A DNA stretch of 64,000 bases from the human T2T-CHM13v2.0 reference genome, Homo sapiens, in NCBI RefSeq assembly GCF_009914755.1, contig NC_060942.1. One strand, 5' to 3'. Positions 43,200 through 53,918 of this stretch are shown in pieces. The notes under the pieces were generated by a model, which worked only from the letters and a program-made list of their open reading frames with translations, made no database searches and was not told the origin of the DNA. A program made the position numbers and the translations under genes. Numbering within the stretch: the first letter of the stretch is position 1; every line of letters begins with the position of its first letter.

Positions 43200-44900
43200 G
43201 TTGTTTTGATATTGTATTCTGTGCCTTGATCTCTACTTCTATCATCAGCTCATATGCTCTGCTATTTTTTTTCCTAACTAAGCATTATTTTCTCAGCAAT
43301 AACAATGACGCGGTAAAAAAGCATAGTAGAAGACCTATCGAAAATTGCTCCACGGGAGGTCCTGCAGTGACAGAAGAAAAGTTTGTAGCCAGTCAGAACA
43401 TTCCTCTGAAAAAAAGAGGACAGAGCACTTGGATCAGTAAAAGGGTGAACTATCCGTTCTGAGTCAGACTGAATCTGCATCCAGACAGGAATCGGGATGG
43501 GATTGGGGCTGGAAGGGGTTCACCCTTCAATCCCCAGTCTCTTTCACTCCACTTCACTGCAGCGTTCCTATGAAAAACTTGACGAAGAAGTTCTGTGAAG
43601 GAACTCAAACCAGCAGCCAATGCAGGGAGGCAGCCACTGATGGCCTCAGTGAGGGAATGCCCCCGACGTACCTCCAAATCATTCCTCAGTCCAAATAGCC
43701 TAAAACTCTCATGAAGAACGTGATAGGAGTCCTCTCAGAATCCGAGTCCTCGGTCAACTTTACCCCAAGTTCTTTGAGCGGAACCATTTGCAGACCTTCC
43801 CGAATCCGTATCTATCCTATATTGTTTTACAATGTAGACATGTCTCTGAAGGGTTCCATTCGTGTTTCCCTGAAAAGACCCCCTTTGTAGGCCAAATACA
43901 AAAACTCAGAGATTACAAATGCCACCATATTTTGTAAGAACTGAAGACATTCCACTTTGTTCTTCCCACCCTGAAAACAACTGCATGCCAGTCTGCGTTT
44001 GTCATCTCTCCGTGTCCTTCCCTTCATCAAGTGTCCAATTCTCTTGAATAACGAGAAAATGCACATGAGATCTGAATGCATACAAGTCGCTTAACAACAA
44101 CAATAAAATAATAATAATAATTTAAAAAAACCCTGAAAGTGAAATATAATTACCAGGTTAAAAAAAAAATGCGCCCAGTTTCGAGAGCCTATCACAGCTC
44201 ACGTCTGGGCGCGCAGTACCCCCCCGACACTGCTCCTGTTGTGTCAGATAGTGGCAGTGTTGAGCCCAGGAATACGCGCGGAGCCCGCGGCGATCCCCGC
44301 GGCCGCTCAGTCTTCGCGGCGGACTCCGGCGCGCAGGAGCCACTGGGCCGCAAGGGCGCCGGGGAGCGGGAGGGGCGCTGGGGGCGGCAAGGGGTCCCAG
44401 ATCCCAGGCCACGAACTGTTTTCCTTTTCCCCGGGCAAGAGCCCCGCTCCCTTCAACTGACAGAAATTCACTGGGGCAGGGGGGCGAGTGGGGAGAGAGG
44501 TCGCTCAGGGCTCGCTACTGGCTGCGCCTCCCCCGGCTCTGGTCTGGGAAGCGGCTCTGGGCCCTCCGGGCGAGCAGCTTGGGCGCCGGCGCCCCCTGCG
44601 AGGAAGATCGCGGGGTGACGGTCGGTACCCGTTCGGCTGGGCCGCGCTGCCGCTCCGATCCACCTCCCTTCCGCGCCCGCGCCCTCCCCCTTCCTTTCAC
44701 TAGGAGTCCGGGATTCGGAGAGGGCGCGGGAGGCAGGCACACGGGCCCGACCCCACTCCAGCGCTCACCGGGGACGCGGGCGGGCGGCGACGGGACGCGG
44801 CGGGGGCGCGGGGCGGGCGCGGCCATGGAGCAGCAGCGGCGGCGGCGGCGGCGGCGGCGGCAACACTAGCGACCGCGGGCGGACGAGCGGGCGGGCAGGG
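43200..44900 (-). ncRNA. Candidate divergent spliced lncRNA (SETBP1-DT-like); outer ends approximate
   Basis: Minus-strand sites in order: donor CCG|GTGAGC (44769/44768), acceptor TTGTTTTCAG| (43971/43970), donor GAG|GTACGT (43672/43671), acceptor CTCTGTCCTCTTTTTTTCAG| (43406/43405). No convincing ORF. Confidence 0.5.
44837..44860 (+). repeat. (CGG)8 trinucleotide repeat preceded by (CAG)2
   Basis: Direct reading: GAG CAG CAG (CGG)8 CAA CAC TAG. Confidence 0.97.
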
Positions 44901-45023
44901 CCGCCGGGCTCAGCGGACCGAACTGCACAGCTCAGCAAAAGCGCCCTCGCCCTCCGCGCGCCGCCTCCTGCGAGCCCAAACCCACCAACATTTTTTAACG
45001 CTCCAACCCATCCTTTGAAGAAA

Positions 45024-45026
<3 letters not shown>

Positions 45027-45055
<29 letters not shown>
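45027..45055 (+). repeat. Poly(A) tract A29 (A-rich 45021-45070)
   Basis: Direct reading; no retroelement body immediately upstream. Confidence 0.95.
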
Positions 45056-45088
45056 GCAAAAAAAGAAAAAGCATTGATCGGAGAGACG

Positions 45089-45091
<3 letters not shown>

Positions 45092-45138
<47 letters not shown>
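45092..45138. repeat. (AT)~23 perfect microsatellite
   Basis: Direct reading. Confidence 0.97.
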
Positions 45139-45143
<5 letters not shown>

Positions 45144-45249
45144 TTTTTTGGCTCCTGCTAAAATTAGCAGGGCTCGCCGCGCGCCTGTGTGCCAGTGTGT
45201 GCGAGTGTGTGTGCGTGCGGGCGTGTGTGTGTGAATGTGATTACTCCAG

Positions 45250-45561
45250 GACTCCTCGGGCTCCGGAGACGCCATTTTCCCCCTTGATATCTCTCTCCAT
45301 AAATCGGTGGCGCGGCGGAGGCGGCAGAGTCGGGCGGGAAGCGCGGGGCCGGCCGGGGCGCCCGCCGCTCGCCGCCGCCTCCGCGCGCCCGGGGGCCCCG
45401 GCGCCCCCCGAGCTAGGGCGGCCAGCTCGCGGCTCGCCGTTTGACAGATGCTCATCGCCATGGAGTTGCCGCAGCAGCACCTTTGGGGGCTCGGGCGAGC
45501 GACGGGAGCCGGGATCTGAGCGAGCGCCGGGGCCAGCGGAGCCGGAGCCGCCGGGACATGG
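45250..45561 (+). other. SETBP1: Non-coding first exon (5' UTR), probably of SETBP1; start coordinate approximate
   Basis: Lies in the CpG island and ends at ...GCCGGAGCCGCCGGGACATGG|GTGAGC (GT at 45562). I recall this sequence as the SETBP1 exon 1 3' end, with the main ATG in exon 2 beyond the window. Gene identity rests on recollection; the TSS cannot be read from sequence. Confidence 0.72.
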
Positions 45562-48500
45562 GTGAGCACGCGCGGCGACCTTGGCCCGGGAGCCCGGGCG
45601 CCCAGCCTCCCTCCGCGCCGCGGGCCCCCGCACTCCCGGAACCGGGGGCGACGTGTGTGCCCTGCATGCAAAAGTTCACGTCGCCTTGCTGGGTCTTTGA
45701 CTTTGCACCCGGCGGGAAGGGGGAGACCGGGCCGAGGGGGCGGGATGCCGGTCCGGGCGAGGTTGCAGGAGATGGGCGCGATTCCGGCGGGCCGGCGGGT
45801 GGGCGGCGATGCTGGCTCAATTGGAGTGGCTCGTTGGTGGCGGCGATGGTGGAAGCTTTGGGCTGGAGGGCTGGGAGCTTATTGAGTTTCGCCTAATCTG
45901 ATCTACCCCCCCTCCGCCCCCCGCCTTTTGCACCCTCCCTCGGTCCTGCAGCCGGCTGGCGGGGCTGGCGGGTTTGGCGTTGGTGGAGTGGACTCGGGAG
46001 GGGGAGGGGGTAAGGAAAGGGGTGGGAAGGCAGGATTTTTTTTTTCTCTCTTTGTAACTTGCAGGTTAAGTGGAGCTAGAGAGCTACATTGTAACCTAGT
46101 TGGATTTTTTTGGGGGGGGAATGTATCAGAATCTAACGTGTCGTTAATAGAAAGAAGAACAGGCAAGAAGTGGTCCAGCCGGCGAAGGTTGGTGTGTGCT
46201 TGTGTTGTGCCTGTGTGTTAGTCTTTTTCTTAAAAATCTTAATCAATGGATTTGAGTCTCTTTCTTGTGCTCTCTGGTTTTGGGACTCTGAAAAGATAGG
46301 AATTCCCTTAAAAGCAGACGAATGCCTTTTTGAAAGCACGCATTGTGTGCGTTTCTAGAGGAGCCGTGGGCTTGGGAATGAACGGCAGGCTTCCCCGTTC
46401 GGTGGTTTCCAGTGGGAAATCACTCCGGAAAGGGAACCCTTCGGTATCGATTTATTGTTTTTGTCTTCCAAACCATTATCTCTTTGACCGAAATACTGTC
46501 TGAGAAGTTCCGCAGGGACAAAGTCAGGTAAACTGGACCGGGCAGATCTTTGGCAAGATGGTGATAACGGGGATGCTGTTTTCAGTGTCTGTTTGTGATG
46601 GAAGCATTGTTGGGTAATAGCAATTTCTGATCGGTAGAGCATGCTGGTTCTAAAAAAATAAGTTAACTGCCGAAATACTGTCTTCCAGCCCCCCTCCCCT
46701 GCACAGTACAGCACCTATTCCCCCCGCCCCCCCATCCAGACCGCTTACTACAAGTCTGAAATCGGATCCAACTGGAAATATTTTCATTGGAGATTGAAAG
46801 TTGTGCAATTGGAAATAGATGAGGCTAGAGGTATTGAGAGTGTGGAAGGGGAGTTCTTATTGCCCCCTAATGCTGCATTTATTCTTTATGTGTGTCTGTG
46901 TTGGATTCTCAGGGTGTGTATCTGTCTAAAAGGACTGTTGTGGGAAGGATTTCCGATTCGTTTCCGTTTCAAATAAACTGTCCTGATAATCTCACGGTTG
47001 ACATCTAACGCTAAAAGGGCAATTTGTGTGTCTCTTTATCCCTGCAGAAACTCTCCTCCAAAAGGGCAGTTTATTCTGGAATTCTACAGCAGATACCTTT
47101 CCCTTCCAGCCCCTACACTCCCCCCACCTCCTGCCAACTATCCACACCTTTCCCCTTAAAGTTTAGTTGGAGTCCACTGGCGTTGATTGTTTTTCTCTTA
47201 CATCTTTTTCCTTCTTTTTCTTTTCATTCCTTCACTCTTCATCCTGTTTTTCTTCTTTTTCTGTAGATTTATACTAAAAACTAATTTCTTGAAGTCTCTG
47301 TACTGTCACCAAAACTATCTGCCGATTTGGCACCATCTCTTACCCTCCTTTAGTAAATAGGTATATCTCCTGTGCCCCATCCAAACTCATCTTCACGTGC
47401 AAAGCATGTGTGTGTCGTGGGAGAAAGGGGATGGGGTAGAGAAGAGGTATTTGGAGAGGAAGGGCGGTGTTGTGTGCAGGCCACATCTTCAACACTGGAC
47501 CAGACCTGGGCATTCCGGGGAGAGTTTCCTTTGCACACCCCAGCTGGGATGGGAAGGCGGAGCCAACCAGACAGGGGCGTGTGAGGGAGGAGAAAGTTTG
47601 TAGCACTTTAAGATGTAGCTAGTTTACCATCCCAGGTCACTCCCTCCCTTTTTTTCTGATTTCTCTGGCTTCTACCATCCTTAAACTCCCTGAGGGAGGC
47701 GTGAGCTCTTTTGCTCTGACGAGGGATTCCCAGGTGTCAGAGTGAAGGTGAGGTGCTGTGTTTTCCCCTGTGCTTAGTCTCATTGCCTGTTCCCAGAAAA
47801 GGGTATTAAGACAGAGTGTTTGGGGGAAAGTCGGAAGAGGAGGAAGAAATCAAGTGTGGTTAAACAGAGTATTTGCAAACGGCAGGGAATGTAGCCCCCA
47901 AAGATATGGAGACCAGGTACCCAGAGTGTTGCTTGGCACACGATTTCTCCTCCCCCGTTAAGGGGACAAAACCAAAACCAAAACAAACTATTGGTCTTGG
48001 GAAGTTGAGTTGGTGTTAGACCTGGGCTGTGGGAGTTGCTAGCCACTATAGTAACCTGAGCTGAGCTGGGGGAGGAGGTGGTGAGCGAATGCACCACCGG
48101 GAGCCAGAGGAGGGAAAGGGACTCGTCTCTCTTAGCTGGGAAAATAGATGTATCTCTGGAATAAACAAACTGGAGGTGGGGGAGGGGATGGCTTGCAGTG
48201 AACATAAGGTGGAGTGTCTGAGAGGCAGTAGTGTCGGTTAAGAAGGGGGCCACTTCTAGCTTGGGAGAAAATATCAACTGCCTTATATGTTCATGAAAGG
48301 GCTAGGCAAGTGAAGGGCTGTAATTTGATCTTTTGTATGTTAGCATCAGAATGTTACATAGGAAGGCTCTGCTGGAAGGCCCAGTTTTGGACATCACACA
48401 GGGGAACCTAGAGGTATCTTTAAGTTAACCCAACAGCCCCTGCTGCCATAAGGGCTTCTGGTCATGGACTTGCCTTGCTCAGAGTGAGCTACTTTGTAAA

Positions 48501-49807
48501 TCACCTGACCTAAATGAGGGTTGGGGAAAAAGGAAACAGTGCTTGGGAGTGTTTTAGGATTTAGTTGAAAATGGTGAGTGGGGAGAGGCAGGAGGCAGGA
48601 TTTTGCTGAAGAAGAAATAAATAGGTAGGTACTTTCCCCTGGATTCCATTTCTCCTGTTAACTTTGAATTCCTCTAGGGGATGAATCGATACTTGTCTGG
48701 CACAAAAGTGTACCTCTAGGAGAGGAGAGTTCTCTCAATGTGGTCATTATTTTTAGTTGTACTTCAATCTCTGCTCCAAAGCTTCTATATAGTATGCAAA
48801 AGGAAGCAGATGAGAAATAGCTAGCTGGATGGGGCATCCTTTCTGGGTTCCTGTGGAGACACTGAAACTTGGCTGGGCCTGGACCTCCCAGAATGCCAGT
48901 TTTTTCCTTGGAGACTTGAAGTTTAAATTGAAACCAGAAAGCTATTGAAGGCAGATCCAGCCAATGAAACCCTGTTTTCTCTGATGCTCAGGAATGGGAA
49001 ATAAATAACTTTTTGCTGATGGCATTTCAAGTTGCTTCAGTTTTGCTCCTGCCAGAAGAATGGGGCAAATTATTATGAACACATTAGTATTGTAAGGAGG
49101 AGTTGCAGTGCTTTAAAAATGGGATGGTGTTATTGAGTTTGTTCAGGGACTCAGTGTATGTGAGAGTCCTACCAGAGGCTGGTGGTGGGAGCACAGGAGG
49201 CTGCCCTGGAGGGTTAGCAGCACTGGGTTGAAGAAAGGAAGCCTCACAGAGGTCTTGCTGCACATCATTTTGTCTGGTCCTGGGGTTCCTGTGAAGGGAG
49301 CAAAACAATCCAATTCCATTCCTATCCTGTGGCATATGTTGAAACCTAGTGAGTTTCCCAAAATGTTTTGGGCCATAAGTTTGGGCTTCTTTTAGAGTGG
49401 TTTTTAAAGGCAACCCAGGTGTTTTACAAACTCTTCATGAAGTTGCACATACTTTGGCCTGCCATATACCTGAAAAGTGCAGGAAAGAAAACACCAGGAT
49501 GTCCACAGACTATAATTCGTGAATGCAGAAAGATGATGCCAATCTACATTTTTGCTTAGCTCTGAGTTTTCGTTTTCCCTTTTTACCGAACTTTCTATTA
49601 GATTTTGATGCCCCCCTGAGATACATCACACTGGGGCTGGAGAAGGTTTTGGAGGACTGTAATTGTAGATCACTGAGTTGAAGCTTCTGGTCCTTACTGT
49701 TCTGATTTAGAAGTTTCGTAGGTTCAGTCCAGAACAGCTGTTTTTAGAAGGTTTTTTTTTTTTTTTTGCCCATTAGAGGGTACCATCTAAGGTTGAAGAA
49801 CCATTAA

Positions 49808-50158
<351 letters not shown>

Positions 50159-50544
50159 TGACTTCCTACCCTGTTCATAGCAAATGATACCAGGTAAAGA
50201 ATGTGAGCAGCCCTGAAGTCCATAGGATCCTCTGGGAGGTAGCTGCCACCCCCTCCCAGGAGCCCATGATGGTTAATGATCAGCAGACCCAGGTAGAACA
50301 AGTGTAGGCAAAGCCAGCTGAGCTGACCCTCAGGTAGGCAGAGGCTGTGCCACTCCAAGTGCTGAGGAGGAATAGGGGATGAATGGTGAGCAGATAAGAG
50401 TTTTAGAACTTTGTTAGCTTGGAAAAATGTTTCCTTGGTCCAACTTATCTTTTCCCACCAAAAATACCCCCTTTCATATGCATGGCATTTTGTTCTTTTC
50501 AAAAATATCTTTATATGGCTTCCGCCCCCTTGATTCTCCTAAGG

Positions 50545-50840
50545 AGGAAGGCCAGATAAGCATTTTATCTCCGTTTAGAGGATGAGGCAACTGATACACT
50601 GGGTTGCCTGAAATGACACAAGTTGGTGGCCAACCTGGGGCCAGACGGCTGTGGCAAAGTGTGAAGAGCCTCACATCTGAAGTGACAAGATCCTCTTTGG
50701 ATCGTGTCCCTGTACTTCCCAGTTAAATGACCCCTGGCAAGTCAGTTAACCTCTCTGAGCCTCCGGAACCTAATCAGTAAAATAAAGATAAAGATGCTTA
50801 CCCTGCCTACTTCACGGGGGTTATGAGGATTAAATAATAC
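50545..50840. mobile_element. Two MIR fragments in opposite orientation (other MIRs at ~2690-2850, 4510-4750, 36190-36350, 37690-37870, 56140-56500, 57400-57610)
   Basis: MIR core GATGAGGCAACTGA on one strand and GGCAAGTCAGTTAACCTCTCTGAGCCTC...GTAAAAT on the other. Confidence 0.7.
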
Positions 50841-53642
50841 CAGCTAATTTCTGTAATTGAACTCTGGGAGGATTTCCATGCTGCCTCCTGGAAACTGGTG
50901 CCTGGGATTATTGTTGCCATAGCCCAGCAATTAATAACCCCTTGGAATGATCAGAAATGCCCACAAGGGCTCCTCGTGTTCTAATAATTCAACCGATGTC
51001 CATATAACTGTATATATTGAATTATTAGATGCCTACTATGCCATGTGCTTTTTGAGGCTCAAAGTCTCAGGTGGTATCCAGTTGGACTCAAAGATGTCCC
51101 AGTGCTCAGGAAATGCTCTTTGAGTTAAGGATCAGCAAGAAAAAAGGAAAAAGATGTGCAAACACACAGGGAGGGGAGGCGAAGTGGAGAGAATGAGGGG
51201 GAGGTTCTCCATCAAGAAACCACAATACTTAAGCAATGGCATTCAGGACAGAATTTCTAGCCCCTCTAAAGAAAAGAACTAATAGCAGCGTTGCCGCTGT
51301 CCCAGCAAATCCAGTAAGTTCTCCAGAATCAGGAAAGTTCTTCACAGCTCATTTGTTCCCTGACTCTTCTGTGTCCCTCCTTTTACCCTTTCTCATGAGA
51401 GCTGGTTTGCCCTGCCTGGCAGCCTGCAGCAGGCACCTTGCAGTGTTCTCGAGTGAACCCCAATTTTATGCAATATGCCCCAGGCTGTGTTGTCAGACTG
51501 GTTTCTTCACTGACTCTGGACATTCTGAACATCTTCCTGCCTCCACACCTCAGCTGTCTCTGTGTTGTCACCTCCAGGTGGCCAGCTAGTTGCACCCAGC
51601 CTCCTCTGTGGGAGCTAACTAGTTCCTTCTTCCCAGCTCTCAGCTCCTCATCCCCAGTTCCCAGAGCAAGGCACCCCACTTATGCTGCCTTGCTGTTTGT
51701 TATCACTTACCCCCTCCAAGCTCTGAGCCCTTGAAAAAGGGGAGAAGTTTTCCCACACAGCCCTGAACCTTATTTATGAATGATTTTTTGTTTCCTGAAT
51801 GAATCACAGCATTTATGAAGAGATAGAATATTGAAAGTCAATGTTGTTTAAGGTGTATTAACACTCTGCATTATGAAGCAACACAGTGAGGGCCCCTTAG
51901 ACAGTGTGAATAATAACTACTTTAAGCCAATAATAATTGCTTTTTATATTTTTGGCTACCTTTCGGGGGTAATCACCCAAAAGTTTCTCCCTTAAAGTTT
52001 AAGAGTTAAGCATATTTTACCACATGTGCATCCTTTCAGTCACCGATTCACTCATTCAATCATCAAATATTTGTTAATAATAATAGTGCCTACTGGAGTC
52101 TCATTGTGACTCTAACACACATAGCCCTTGACTTTCTCTGAAAATTCCAATTGTATTTTTTGTCCATCTTGCTCATTTTGGCACTTAACCATACAGTCAT
52201 CTTTGTTGCTGAAGTCCAAGTGCTTTTCCGCTCTTCAGTGATGGAGTGAGCCTGGCCACAGTGGAAAACAGAGAAGGCTGAGGAGGCCGGGTGCAACTAG
52301 TTGGCCTAAGAGGTCAAGAAGGCTGAGGCAGAAAGCAGCCTGGGCTCACATCTATTAGCATATGATGTGGGACAAGCTACATTGCCTTTCTACTGTTGTA
52401 CAGTAAAAAAGTTTGGAGTGGTATAGAGTGTCCCTTCTAAAATTCTGTGATTCTATAGCTAGAGGTGTCCTAGGAATGTTAAGGATTTCTTAAAGGTCAG
52501 AGCTCCTCAAACCCCTTTAATGGCGCCGCCAACAACTGTCCAAACCAATCCCACTGAGGATTAATGCCCTTTGCTAAATGTTTGATGGGTTGAAAGAGTT
52601 ACAGAAAGGGAAGGTGGTGCCCTGGGGTAAATAGAATTGGGGGGAGCACTTATTAGAACAGTGGAGTCAGTCTTGGAGGACAGGGAAGGGGAGAGGAGGC
52701 AATGGTGAGCTGAATGTGAGGACATACCACTAAGAGTAATGTGGAAGGAAGAAAGGGATTAAATTACCCACATCTGTTTTGAATTGGTTCTCTTTGGTAA
52801 AATAACTGACTTGAATCAAGGGAGATGGAACAGACAAAGACAGTTTCTAGGAAGTCCAGAATGTATTCTGTAGTTGAGCTTTGCTGCTGCTTCCTGTCAG
52901 GTGGCATCTGGAAACCCTGCTATGGATACTTCACTCATGTCATGGATCTAGTGGGCTGGATGTCATTTCTCCATGTAGATTCTAAAGATCATGAAGTCTA
53001 GGGCCATGCCTGGGTTCCTGAGGTGTCCTCTCCATCCCCATAGCACCTGGTCTGCCCAGCCACATTGCAGCCTGTGTTCAATAATAGCTAATGGGTTGGT
53101 TTGTGTGCATTCTGAGATCAGATACGGTGACCCACAGTCTGCAAAACCAGAGCCTTTGATTTGGGTTGGAGTAGGATCAAGGAAATTGGGCTTTGGCCTA
53201 AGGTGCTGTAAAAGTTCTGTGGGATTGATGAAGCACCTGGGAGCATACTGGTTGGATATTTAGGAAGAGGAAGCCTCTTTAAGCCACTGAAATGCTGCAA
53301 TTGCTTTTAACCCAGGATCTAGTAAAGGATTTGGGATGAAAAAGGAGCATGCAATATTGTTAGCCAAATTTAGTAAACAGCAATTTCTTCATTATTCCTT
53401 TTATCTGCCAATGATTTTCAGTTCTGTCAGTGGAAAGGAGCTTCTTGGAGTTTGAATTTGTGGCTTGGAGAAAGGTTGAGATGGGGAAGCTGAATTTGAT
53501 GGAACCAACTTAGTAGCCCATCAGAAGCAGTGGGAGCACCAATGTGCTTGTAGCAGACTAATGAAATCTGCGTGGCAAGTCCTGTACAGTTGTTGGTGTC
53601 TCTTTCTGTGACCTATTGTTATTTGAGCAATGAGACCTTTGA

Positions 53643-53918
<276 letters not shown>

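Larger units (their letters stand above)
44170..46000. promoter_or_regulatory. CpG island / probable bidirectional promoter
   Basis: Abrupt shift to very high GC with dense CpG compared with CpG-depleted flanks. Contains GC boxes (GGGGCGGG ~44810), a YY1 motif CGCCATTTT (45270-45278) and outward-facing splice donors on both strands. Confidence 0.95.

Noticed and set aside
45021-45070. Poly(A) as the tail of a processed pseudogene or SINE
   Set aside because: No retroelement body, poly(A) signal or target-site duplication upstream.
44139-46221. Long overlapping ORFs in the CpG island (e.g. 253 aa at 44910-45671 minus, 159 aa at 44139-44618)
   Set aside because: Stop-codon scarcity in GC-rich DNA; many have TTG/GTG starts; low-complexity products run through microsatellites.
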